The translations under genes were made by a program, and so were the position numbers. From Nostoc sp. (GTDB lineage Bacteria; Cyanobacteriota; Cyanobacteriia; Cyanobacteriales; Nostocaceae), in the NCBI GenBank assembly GCA_036918135.1, contig JBALDB010000036.1, positions 1-64,000 on the forward strand: a stretch of DNA of 64,000 bases, written 5' to 3'. Each line of letters begins with the position of its first letter. Within the stretch, counting starts at the first letter, position 1. The notes beneath the pieces were generated by a model, which saw only the letters and a program-made list of their open reading frames with translations, was not told the DNA's origin and ran no database searches. Positions 40,990-50,424 of the stretch are shown piece by piece.

Positions 40990-42492
40990 CTAGCGCAGAG
41001 ACTTTAAGCTTTCAGTCTTTTGCACTAAGAAATCGGTGAAGATACTCATAATCGTGCGCTGACGTAATTTCACATTTGCATTGATGGACATCCCTGATTG
41101 CAATGGAATTTGACGCTGGTTAATCAGTAACTTCTGCCCATGTAGGCGGACTTTTGCAGAAAAACGCCAAAAATTATAAACTTGGTCTGGAGGTAAGGCA
41201 TCAGAGCCAATCTCAATTAATTCGCCTTTGATATCGCCATACTCTTGGAAGGGAAAGGAATCAATTCTCACATCTACTTGTTGCCCTTCTTGGACAAAGC
41301 CGATGTCGCGGTTAGTGATATATACGTTAGCAACTAAGTTATCGCTAGGAACGAGTTTTAAGAGGGGTTCAGTGGAATTAACTACAAATCCTGCTGTTTT
41401 GGCTTTGAGTTCAAAGACGGTTCCATCTACGGGTGCTGTAATTTTCTGATATTTCAAGGTTTGTTGTGCCTGAACCCATTTACTATCAATCTCTCCAATC
41501 TGACTATTAATTTCATAGAGGCGTTTTTGATTATCTACAATTACCTTGGTTAATTGGCTATCAATTTCGGCAATGTCTTTGTCATTATCTGTAATTTTGG
41601 CGAGTAAATCTTCTTGAGACACTGCCGCAGTATTGCGAACTTTTTGATTTGACTGAGCGATCGCTAATTGTAATCGTTGCTGTTCCCGATTTAATCGGAT
41701 TACTTCTGCTTGTTTGCTGCTGACATCCTGCTGCTGTTTCAAGTATTGCACCTGGGAAATCGCCCCCTGTTGCGCTAGAGGTTCAAACTTGTGAAGAATT
41801 TGTTGATTAATTGTCAGCAACTCTTTAGCACTAGTTAATTCCGCTTGAGTTTGAAAAAATTGCTGTTGCGTCTGTCCTGTTTCTAAATTAGCTGTGGCTA
41901 AACGCGATTCTAATTCTATTTGGCGATTTCGCAAGCGTAACTGTTGCTCTCTTGTGAGAGTATTTCCAGCAGTCGCACCGTTTAACTGTGTGCGGTACAA
42001 CTGGTTTTCGGCAATAATTGCAGCTCGGCTTTTGGTCAATAAGACTAGTTCTGGTTTAATTTTCAACAAAGCAGTTTGCTGTGCCACTTGCTGGGGTGAG
42101 CTTGTTCCTTGAAGTTGGCGGCGGTAAAAGTCATTTTCTTGCTCTAGCGCTTGTTTGGCAAGTAACTGAGCTACGCGACTTTGCTTTAATGAAATTAACT
42201 CAGCCTCAGAAGTAGTTTTTTCCAGGCTAACGAGTGTTTCACCTTTTTTGACTCGCTGACCATCTTTGACTAGAATTTCCTTGACAACACCTTGAATCGG
42301 AGCTTGAATTTCTTTAACTGCACCCTGTGGTTCTAGCTTGCCAGTGGCATGAATTGATTCATCAATTTTGAACACCGAGGCCCAAATTACTGCGAAGGTA
42401 CTAACTCCAACAATAGTCCAAGCGATCGCTCGCGACCAAGTAGGAGTTTGTTGTAAAAGTACTGGTTGGTCGAATTTATATTGAATATTCAT
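40990..42492 (-). CDS. HlyD-family type I secretion adaptor
   Basis: N-terminal TM, long coiled coil, APVDG.VF, DIGFV..GQ.V.VRIDSFPF.EYG, LQSGMS. Confidence 0.92.
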   Translation of the reverse strand: MNIQYKFDQPVLLQQTPTWSRAIAWTIVGVSTFAVIWASVFKIDESIHATGKLEPQGAVKEIQAPIQGVVKEILVKDGQRVKKGETLVSLEKTTSEAELISLKQSRVAQLLAKQALEQENDFYRRQLQGTSSPQQVAQQTALLKIKPELVLLTKSRAAIIAENQLYRTQLNGATAGNTLTREQQLRLRNRQIELESRLATANLETGQTQQQFFQTQAELTSAKELLTINQQILHKFEPLAQQGAISQVQYLKQQQDVSSKQAEVIRLNREQQRLQLAIAQSNQKVRNTAAVSQEDLLAKITDNDKDIAEIDSQLTKVIVDNQKRLYEINSQIGEIDSKWVQAQQTLKYQKITAPVDGTVFELKAKTAGFVVNSTEPLLKLVPSDNLVANVYITNRDIGFVQEGQQVDVRIDSFPFQEYGDIKGELIEIGSDALPPDQVYNFWRFSAKVRLHGQKLLINQRQIPLQSGMSINANVKLRQRTIMSIFTDFLVQKTESLKSLR

Positions 42493-42558
42493 AAGGAGTG
42501 GAGAAAGTTAATTGATGAGTATTGACTGATAAATGTTGACTGCTGGGTTGCGAGTGTT

Positions 42559-42873
42559 AAAGTTTGGAGTTCAGAAGCTCAACTTCCGAGTTCAAAAGCT
42601 CAACGTTCAAGCAAAAAGGTGCAACTTCCGAGTTCAAAGCCTCAACGTTCAAGCAAAAAGGTGCAACTTCCGAGTTCAAAGCCTCAACGTTCAAGCAAAA
42701 AGGTGCAACTTCCGAGTTCAAAGCCTCAACGTTCGAGTAAAAAGGTGCAACTTCCGAGTTCAAAGGCTCAACGTTCGAGTAAAAAGGTGCAACTTCCGAG
42801 TTCAAAGCCTCAACGTTCAAGTAAAAAAGCTCAACTTCCGAGTTCAAAGGTCAAAATTTCGAGTTCAGAGGCC
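42559..42873. repeat. 42-bp tandem repeat (two related 21-mers), about 6.5 units plus degenerate flanks
   Basis: caacttccgagttcaaagcct+caacgttcaagcaaaaaggtg at 42580, 42622, 42664, 42706, 42748, 42790, half unit at 42832. Confidence 0.95.
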
Positions 42874-42889
42874 AAAGCAATAATATTTC

Positions 42890-42928
42890 CCCCTGCCTCC
42901 TGCCCCCTGCCTCCTGCCTCCTGCCTCC
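42890..42928. repeat. STRR heptamer (CCTGCCT)
   Basis: ccctgcctcctgccccctgcctcctgcctcctgcctcc. Confidence 0.8.
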
Positions 42929-42931
42929 TTC

Positions 42932-45874
42932 CTACACTTTTGCTTCTTGTTGCTGATAAAGACAGTAGTAATAACCTTTGAGCGCCATCAATTCTTCATG
43001 AGTTCCCTGTTCTACTACAGCACCTCTATCCATCATGAGAATGACATCGGCATTGCGAATTGTGCTGAGGCGGTGAGTAATGAAAAACACTGTTTTATCT
43101 TGAAAAGCTGTCGCCAAGTTACGGCAAACTTGGGCTTCGGCATTGTAATCTAAGGCGCTGGTAGCTTCATCAAGGATCAGTAATTGTGGATTTTGCAGAA
43201 CAGTACGAGCGATCGCTACTCGTTGGCGTTGTCCCCCTGACAGTCCCGAACCTCGTTCGCCGACACGAGTGTTATAGCCACTGGGTAAAGACATAATAAA
43301 GTCGTGGGCAAATGCTACTTTAGCAGCAGTAATAATTTCTTCATCGCTAGCATCAGGATATCCCAAGGCAATGTTTTCGCGGACTGTACCATCGAATAGT
43401 AGGGTATCTTGTAACACCATTCCAATTTGACGGCGTAAGGAATAGAGTTCAACTTTACTGATATCGTAGCCATCAATCAAGATTTTGCCGGACTTGGGTT
43501 CGTAAAGTCGCGGTAATAATTTTAGCAGTGTACTTTTACCGGAACCGCTTTGACCAACAATTCCCACAAAGGAGCCAGCAGGAAAATCTAAGTTAATATT
43601 GCACAGTTGCAATGGCCCGTGTTCTGAGAAACTGAAGCTGAGATTTTCAAAGCAAACACTACCTTGAACACTAGGCATGAGAATATTTTGACAGTTGCCG
43701 ATTTCTACTTCTTGAGGAGTGTCTAAAATATCAGCAAGGCGTTGCAGAGATAGAGCAGTTTCTTGGAAGTTCTGCCAAAGTTGCATCAGGCGTAATAGGG
43801 GACTAGTAACATAACCAGCCAAGATGCGGAAAGCAATGAGTTGTCCCAAGGTTAGGTGCTGATTGAGGACAAGAAAAGCTCCCACCCACAGCACTAACAT
43901 ACTGGAAAACTTGTTGAGAAAGCTGCTGACAGAACCGGCGTTGGTTTGGGTAGAAACTGTTTTGAAACTAGCACTGATGTAACGAGCATAGCGTTCTTGC
44001 CATTGCCAACGCGATCGCATTTCTAAATTTTGCGCCTTGACTGTCTGCATTCCCCCCATCACTTCTACTAAATAAGATTGCGTTTCGGCATTACATTCTG
44101 CTTTCTCTTGTAATTGTCGCCGCATCAAAGGTGATACCATCAAGTTGAGCAAACCAAATAACGGCACTGTTGCCAAAGCTACCAAGGTCAACACTGGGCT
44201 GTAAATCGCCATGACCACAATATAAACTACAGAAAATACAGCATCCATCACCACAGTTAAAGCTGTACCAGTCAAGAAAGAACGAATATTTTCCAATTCG
44301 TGAATGCGCGTTGCTAATTCCCCTACAGGACGGCGTTCAAAGTAAGATAATGGCAGACGCAACAGATGATTAATTACCTCAGAACCAAGGGTGAGGTCAA
44401 TTCGGTTAGTGGTATCTGTAAATAAGTGAGTGCGGACGCTGGTAAGTATTGCTTCGATGACTGCTACTACCAGCAAAAAGATGCCAAAAACTTCCAGGGT
44501 ATCAGGACTGTTACCAACCAGTACTTTGTCAATGATTACCTGTGTGGCGAGGGGATTTACCAACCCAAACAGTTGAATAACAATGGAAGCAACTAGTACT
44601 TCAATTAATACCTTGCGATAGCGCCGCAATGAAGGTACAAACCAATTCAAATTAAACCGCGCCTTGGGAGTGTTTTTATTGGTTTGCAGTAGCAGTACTT
44701 CTCCTTCAGTCCCCCAGTTTTCGGCAAAGTCTCGCAGTTTGTAGCGTAGTAGTCCCATCTCAGGAACGGCAATGAGTAACTCTCGATCGCTATTTTTATA
44801 AACGATTGCAAAACTATCTTGCCAAGAAATCATTACTGGTAATTGCAAGCGTCCGACTGCGGCGGCGGGAACTTTCACCATCTGTGTTGTCAATCCCATC
44901 AACTCGGCGGCGGCGGCGCAAAATTGCAGAGATATAATCCCCTTCTGTTCCTGCTGCTTTGTCAACACCCGTCGTAGTGTATCTCTGCGTAATGGGATAT
45001 TAAAGTATTGGCTCAACATTTGGAAGCAAGCCAGGGAAGCATCGAGTGGGCCTCTACCTTTGATATAAGGATACTTCTTTTGTTTACCCTTAGTTGCTGG
45101 TTCTTCTATGACAGTAATTTCTGAGGCGTAGGGAATCTCTGCGGGTAAGAGTGTTTTTGGGGTAGAAGAAGCAAGATTTTCTCTAAATATTGATTTGGGC
45201 AATCCCACCAGACGCATATTTGTATTAAATTTCAGCTTAGGGTTGAGTTCATCCAACTCTAAGCGACTACCCACAGGGAACTCAGGATCGAAATTACTGC
45301 TGACTAACCATAAAAATGCTGAATCTAACTGCTGGCGGAATTTGCGTGCAGGAATTGTTTGGATAATCGCAACTTCAGTTGCAGCTTGGGCAAGTTTAAC
45401 TAAATTTTTGCTCCCATCTGCGCGACGGCTGAGTTCTTCGGTAAGCAGTTCATGCACTTCTAAAAGAGTAATCTTATTTTGCAACGCTTGCACAAAAGTT
45501 TCTTCCTGCTTGAGTAAGGTTAGAAAACCAGCAATAGGTAGATTAATAGCGATAACTTCAGTAGAAGCGATCGCAGTTTCACAAGCAACACCCCGCACAT
45601 GACTTACCCAACCTAAAACTTCTCCTGGAGAAAGTAACTTCAGTGTCGCCGGATTTGGTGCTTGGGAATTATAGCCTAATAAACGCGCTTGTCCTTGATA
45701 GATAATGCTAATTTTATCGGGCATAGCTTCCCGTGTTACTATTACCTGTCCGATGCGATAGCGAAAAAATTGCACCTTTTCGAGCAAATTTTCTATAAGA
45801 TTTGCTGGTAGATAATTGAAAGGAAATAAATCGGCAATAAATTCTTGAATATCCACAGTTGTATTTGTCATCAT
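42932..45874 (-). CDS. type I secretion ABC transporter (cNMP-like + C39-like + TMD + NBD)
   Basis: GQSGSGKST, LSGGQRQR, LILDEATSALD; C39-like region LDASLACFQML. Confidence 0.92.
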   Translation of the reverse strand: MMTNTTVDIQEFIADLFPFNYLPANLIENLLEKVQFFRYRIGQVIVTREAMPDKISIIYQGQARLLGYNSQAPNPATLKLLSPGEVLGWVSHVRGVACETAIASTEVIAINLPIAGFLTLLKQEETFVQALQNKITLLEVHELLTEELSRRADGSKNLVKLAQAATEVAIIQTIPARKFRQQLDSAFLWLVSSNFDPEFPVGSRLELDELNPKLKFNTNMRLVGLPKSIFRENLASSTPKTLLPAEIPYASEITVIEEPATKGKQKKYPYIKGRGPLDASLACFQMLSQYFNIPLRRDTLRRVLTKQQEQKGIISLQFCAAAAELMGLTTQMVKVPAAAVGRLQLPVMISWQDSFAIVYKNSDRELLIAVPEMGLLRYKLRDFAENWGTEGEVLLLQTNKNTPKARFNLNWFVPSLRRYRKVLIEVLVASIVIQLFGLVNPLATQVIIDKVLVGNSPDTLEVFGIFLLVVAVIEAILTSVRTHLFTDTTNRIDLTLGSEVINHLLRLPLSYFERRPVGELATRIHELENIRSFLTGTALTVVMDAVFSVVYIVVMAIYSPVLTLVALATVPLFGLLNLMVSPLMRRQLQEKAECNAETQSYLVEVMGGMQTVKAQNLEMRSRWQWQERYARYISASFKTVSTQTNAGSVSSFLNKFSSMLVLWVGAFLVLNQHLTLGQLIAFRILAGYVTSPLLRLMQLWQNFQETALSLQRLADILDTPQEVEIGNCQNILMPSVQGSVCFENLSFSFSEHGPLQLCNINLDFPAGSFVGIVGQSGSGKSTLLKLLPRLYEPKSGKILIDGYDISKVELYSLRRQIGMVLQDTLLFDGTVRENIALGYPDASDEEIITAAKVAFAHDFIMSLPSGYNTRVGERGSGLSGGQRQRVAIARTVLQNPQLLILDEATSALDYNAEAQVCRNLATAFQDKTVFFITHRLSTIRNADVILMMDRGAVVEQGTHEELMALKGYYYCLYQQQEAKV

Positions 45875-46719
45875 CTTGCACCCAATTTTAATAATTTATA
45901 TGCAGCGTTCACTTCTTGAACCTGTGCTGGTTTAGTATTGATTCCCATCCAGGTTTTTTCTTCTGGCGAGAGTTGATTCAGTTGTTGTTTAAACCAAGTT
46001 TCAAAATTTTCTTGCAGCAACCGTTGACGCATAAAATCGTCCAACTGGGCAGTTATGAATTTTTCCACACGTACAATCACCCATGATTCTCCAAAGGGTA
46101 CGGGTGCTTGAACTATACCCACTTGACTTGTGCAAAGTAACTGAGCAAAATTGGGAGCGATCGTACCAAGTTCCACTGGGCCGATGATGCCATATGTATC
46201 AGCTTCCGGCCCTTGAGAATATTCACGTGCTAGTTCCGAAAAAGATTGTTCTCCTTCTGTAATTCGGAAAAATAGTTCGTTGGCAGTTCCTCTGTTGTCA
46301 ATCCGAATTAAAGAATAAATGACTTTATCAAAATGCCTTTTGTATTTGAGAAAGTAAGATTCTAGTTGATGTCCCCAAGTTTGTTGTTTAAACTTTTCGA
46401 CTCTCAGCTTTCGGGTGGCGAAAAGTTCTAATTGTTCTTGAGTCAAACCGTAACGTAAACACCAATCTTGGATTTTTTGCTCGGTTGTCAAATCCCACTG
46501 CTGATAAAATTGCTCTAGAGCATGAGATGTTTCTTCTTCAGTACAGGTGATAGGTGCGTTGGCGTAGCCCGTCGTAGACATCGCTAATTCAATAATGCTC
46601 TGAGATAACAATTGTGGGATTAGATTGTAACTTGCTAAAAAGGGAATAATTTCTGGCGGCAAGAGGGCGCTAGTGCTATGCCCGTCGTGGACATCGCCTC
46701 TTTGTAAAGCTTTAGTCAT
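45871..46719 (-). CDS. parvulin/PpiC-type peptidyl-prolyl isomerase (T1SS-associated foldase)
   Basis: DKVIYSLIR, FSELAREYSQGPEA...G.IGP, WVIVRVEK. Confidence 0.85.
   Translation of the reverse strand: MTKALQRGDVHDGHSTSALLPPEIIPFLASYNLIPQLLSQSIIELAMSTTGYANAPITCTEEETSHALEQFYQQWDLTTEQKIQDWCLRYGLTQEQLELFATRKLRVEKFKQQTWGHQLESYFLKYKRHFDKVIYSLIRIDNRGTANELFFRITEGEQSFSELAREYSQGPEADTYGIIGPVELGTIAPNFAQLLCTSQVGIVQAPVPFGESWVIVRVEKFITAQLDDFMRQRLLQENFETWFKQQLNQLSPEEKTWMGINTKPAQVQEVNAAYKLLKLGAR
46556..46584. repeat. 21-nt SDR5-type repeat inserted in HIP1, in frame
   Basis: GCG|TTGGCGTAGCCCGTCGTAGAC|ATCGC, giving AMSTTGYANA. Confidence 0.85.
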
Positions 46720-46821
46720 ATAAAAATACTATTTTGTTGAAATATTTGATGAGTGCAGTTATATTTTTTGCAATGAAAGCAGCATTCAGGTGTAACTTTC
46801 CGCTGCTTGCATCATTTGCAT

Positions 46822-47099
46822 AGCCTTAGCTGTTTGGTTTTGTGCTTGGCTTGCTCAGAACCTTTTGTTTAACCATGAATCTAAAGTAAGCTGCTTTTTA
46901 AATAAACACAGCATGAAAAAGACTTGAATAGTTAGGTGTTTGAAAATAAATTCCAAGTGCTTCGTCTTATTTAGTCAGAAAAAGTCTGATAACTTACCCT
47001 TGGCGTTGTTGAGAATAAATTTAATCAAATAAGGGATGTTAAAACTTACGCACTCAATCCTAAAACTCAGATTCCCCTATCAGTCCTTCATAAGGCTAC
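46822..47099. promoter_or_regulatory. about 280-bp non-coding block, copy 1 (upstream of the T1SS operon)
   Basis: Colinear and highly similar to 49221-49500. Confidence 0.6.
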
Positions 47100-47180
47100 T
47101 GTATACACTCATTTGTATACTCTTGAAAGCGTTGTCATACAATGATTTCAAGTACCGCTCATCACTGCCGATGCCTAAAC

Positions 47181-47942
47181 TTAAGCAAAGGGGGTGGTGA
47201 AATGATCGAAAGTCAGGTTGTAGTTAGTCGAAGCCGTGAATTCAGTTACTTGCAAAAAGTAGTCACCAGATTGATTAATGTTAGAAATCAGTTCTGAACT
47301 AATACCACCTTTAGTAGAGCTTGCTATTTCCTCCCCAGCATCAACGATGCGATTGTTGTTAAAGTCTTGAATTAAGCGGATGTCAGCATCAGTACTTAAT
47401 CCGTCCAATTTAATGTTGACACCTTCAAAAAATCCCAAAGAGAAGCTGTAAACATCAGTAGTGTTCCGATCGTTAACGTTGCCTGTACGAATGACATCAC
47501 CTGACAAATCACCAAGTACAAATTCCTTCGGTAGAAGGTTACTGAAACTAGCTTCAAGGGGAAAAGTTCCAGATGGTTGAGTTGCAGATAACGCTAAATC
47601 GTAACTGACAGTGCCTGAACTACCTGGAGCATAGCGAGAAACTTCTGCAAAAAAAGTAGTTGAGTAAGTTTTAATGTTGATTGCATCGTCTAGGTTGCTT
47701 CCCTTTGTGGAAACAATTTCAAATATTCGGTCAATATTGTCTAGTACACCGTTACTGTTAGCATCTGGAAACAGTCGGATGTCGGCATCATCACCAGCGC
47801 TGATATCTGTCAGAGACAGGTTAATGTTTTTGTCACTAGGGATTTTGAACTGAAAGACATCCGTTGTGTCTGTTGTAGTTAAAGTGAAATTATTTTTAAC
47901 AACAGGAGTGCTACCGAGTGTACCAAGATTGAAAAGTGCCAT
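47181..47942 (-). CDS. PPC (pre-peptidase C-terminal)-like two-domain protein, paralog 1
   Basis: Two D.F.F...L.....DADIRL..D.N.N modules; no signal peptide. Confidence 0.8.
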   Translation of the reverse strand: MALFNLGTLGSTPVVKNNFTLTTTDTTDVFQFKIPSDKNINLSLTDISAGDDADIRLFPDANSNGVLDNIDRIFEIVSTKGSNLDDAINIKTYSTTFFAEVSRYAPGSSGTVSYDLALSATQPSGTFPLEASFSNLLPKEFVLGDLSGDVIRTGNVNDRNTTDVYSFSLGFFEGVNIKLDGLSTDADIRLIQDFNNNRIVDAGEEIASSTKGGISSELISNINQSGDYFLQVTEFTASTNYNLTFDHFTTPFA

Positions 47943-48116
47943 TTTTTTGCCCTTTAGGTATTGATTGTGAACTGGTCTTAAGATTAAGTTGTGGTTTTTA
48001 CAGAGCTAAATATTGAAATATAGTGGCTGATAATTTGATGAAAATAAAGAAGATTTATTACTTTCAATAGAGCCTTAGCTGTTTAGTTTTGTGCAACGTA
48101 GAGTGAGTTATATTTT

Positions 48117-48210
48117 TGCAAGCCGATGCATTAACATTGCAGGTCAATGCATTAGCATTGCAAGTCGATGCATTAGCAGTGCAAGTCGATGCATTAGCAT
48201 TACAGGTCAA
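48117..48210. repeat. 21-bp tandem repeat, 4+ copies (shorter copy near 49541-49585)
   Basis: Variants of tgcaagtcgatgcattagcat. Confidence 0.85.
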
Positions 48211-48333
48211 AAGTGTGGAATAAAAGCGGCAAAGTTCAGGTATGATTCTTTGCCGCTTGTATCATTTGCATACCCTTGAAAGTATTGTACAGGAATACTT
48301 TCAAGTACTGCTCACCACTGTCGATGCTTAAAC

Positions 48334-49092
48334 TTAATAAAACGAGGTGGTGAAATGATCGAAAGTCAGGTTGTAGTTAGTCGCACCACCGAATTCAGTA
48401 ACCTGCAAGAAGTAGTCACCAGATTCATTAAAGTTGGAAATCAGTTCTGAACTAATACCTCCATTAGTAGAGCGTAGAATTTCCTCTCCTGCGTCAACGA
48501 TGCGATTGTTATTAAAGTCTCGAATTAAGCGGATGTCAGCATCAGTGCTTAACCCATCCAATTTAATGTTGACACCCTCAAAGCTTCCTAAAGAGAAGCT
48601 GTAAACATCAGCAGTGTTTTGGTTATTGACGTTACCTGTACGAGTGACATCACCTGACAGGTTACCAAGTACAACTTCCTTCGGTAGAAGGTTGCTGAAA
48701 CTGGCTGAAAGAGGAAAAGTTCCAGATGGCGCAGTCGCAGATAAGGCTAAATCGTAACTTACATTCCCCGAACTACTAGCAAAGCGAGATACTTCAGCGA
48801 AAAAAGTACCTGAGCTAGTTTTAAAGTTAATTGCGTCATCTTGGTTGCTTGACCGATTGGAAACAAGTCCATTTTGTCTGTCAAAGTTGTCTAGTACACC
48901 GTTATTGTTAGCATCTCTAAACAGTCGGATGTCAGCATCATCACCAGCACTAATATCTGTCAGAGACAGGTTGATATTGCTGGAATTGGTGATTTTGAAC
49001 TGAAAGACATCCGTTGTATCTGTTGTAGTTAAGGTGAAATTATTTTTAACAACAGGAGTGCTACCGAGTGTACCAAGATTGAAAAGTGCCAT
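48334..49092 (-). CDS. PPC-like two-domain protein, paralog 2
   Basis: First about 34 aa identical to paralog 1, colinear thereafter. Confidence 0.8.
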   Translation of the reverse strand: MALFNLGTLGSTPVVKNNFTLTTTDTTDVFQFKITNSSNINLSLTDISAGDDADIRLFRDANNNGVLDNFDRQNGLVSNRSSNQDDAINFKTSSGTFFAEVSRFASSSGNVSYDLALSATAPSGTFPLSASFSNLLPKEVVLGNLSGDVTRTGNVNNQNTADVYSFSLGSFEGVNIKLDGLSTDADIRLIRDFNNNRIVDAGEEILRSTNGGISSELISNFNESGDYFLQVTEFGGATNYNLTFDHFTTSFY

Positions 49093-49220
49093 TTTTTTGT
49101 CCTTTAGGTATTGATTGTGAACTGGTCTTAAGATGAAGTTGTAGTTTGCACAGAGCTAATTTGTGAAATATAGCGGCTGATAATTTGATGAAAATAAAGA
49201 AGATTTATTATTTTCAATAG

Positions 49221-49500
49221 AGCCTTAGCTGTTTAGTTTTGTGCAAGCTTTGTTCAGAACCTCTTGTTTAACCATAAATATAAAGTAAGCTGTTTTTTTA
49301 AGAAACACAGCATGAAAAAGACTTGAATAGTTAGGTGTTGAAAAACAAATTTCAAGTGCTTTGTCTTATTTAGTCAGAAAAAGTCTGATAACTCACTGTT
49401 GGTGTTGTTGAGAATGAGTTCGCTTGAATAAGGGATGTTACGACTAACGCACTCAAGCCTGAAATTTAGAATTCTACTAAGCAGAACTTAATAAGGCTAC
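49221..49500. promoter_or_regulatory. about 280-bp non-coding block, copy 2 (upstream of PPC paralog 2)
   Basis: Duplicate of 46822-47099. Confidence 0.6.
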
Positions 49501-49859
49501 GAGTCACTGCCTAACGTAAACGTGGAGTGAGTTATATTTTTGCAAGCCGATGCATTAGCAGTGCAAGTCAATGCATTAGCAGTACAACTCTAAAAGACTT
49601 GTGTGTACACCGTAGCTTTTTCAAAAGGGAATTTCTAGAGCTAATTTTTTAACAGGGTTTGGGGATCAGACTGTGTAAGTTTTGGACGTGAAGAAGCAGG
49701 CGAAAGCTTGCGTCAGGCGATCGCTTTAACAAACCTTTGTCACACAAAAAAATTGTTATATGAAATTGAGACAAAAAACCTCTGCGTTACAGAGATATCT
49801 TGTGTCCCTACGCGTGTAATCAATTCAATTGAAAACTCTATAAATTATTTTGTGATTTT

Positions 49860-50144
49860 CTACTTTGCTTTCACCCGTGCCTGCTTCACCATTGCAATCA
49901 AAGTTTGATGAGCATCTTCCGCATTTGCTAAAACACGATCGAACTGAATGCGAACTGGCACATCTTCCCCATTCACTTGCGCCGTTAAATCCATACCATG
50001 TTCATCAATTGACAGCATTTGTGCTGCGATGGCATCTGTTACACCACCAAAAGCTTGAGCATAAAGAACCACAGCATCAGCATGATCCTCATTCATATGG
50101 TTGCAGATGCGCGAACTAATATCAGCAGAAAAATCCTTAGACAT
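49860..50144 (-). CDS. DUF2470 domain protein
   Basis: RICNHMNEDHADA, M.SID..GM.L. Confidence 0.88.
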   Translation of the reverse strand: MSKDFSADISSRICNHMNEDHADAVVLYAQAFGGVTDAIAAQMLSIDEHGMDLTAQVNGEDVPVRIQFDRVLANAEDAHQTLIAMVKQARVKAK

Positions 50145-50424
50145 TGTGAGGTCAAAAGTCAGGTATACAGCAACACCTTAAATTTTAGGCTAACAACATA
50201 AATTAAATTGACTAGTTTTAAAATTGTCACAAAAACCATAAACTATATTATATTGCGATCGTCACTCAACCTGATTCCTGACTGGGATAATAATTAAATT
50301 AAAATAAAACTTTAAATTAAAATAAAACTTATTCAGTAGTTTCACTTGTAATTGCGTAAACAAGACAGCTTAAACTGTAGCAGAAGTATTAGCCAAAAAT
50401 CCAAATTATTGCAGCCAAGAGACA

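Noticed and set aside
42559..42873. CRISPR array
   Set aside because: Units are head-to-tail with no unique spacers, and no cas genes are present.
42533..42981. Plus-strand repeat ORFs (116 and 120 aa) as genes
   Set aside because: Antisense to the operon and open only because the repeat lacks stops.
42932..45874. Bacteriocin/RiPP cluster with a leader-cleaving transporter
   Set aside because: The catalytic Cys appears absent, and no double-glycine precursor or modification enzyme is seen.
48117..48210. CRISPR array, or the 62-aa ORF 48091-48279 as a gene
   Set aside because: Plain 21-bp tandem repeat; the ORF is a by-product of the repeat.
47181..49092. Diversity-generating retroelement template/variable pair
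   Set aside because: Both copies are full ORFs, differences are not adenine-restricted, and there is no reverse transcriptase.
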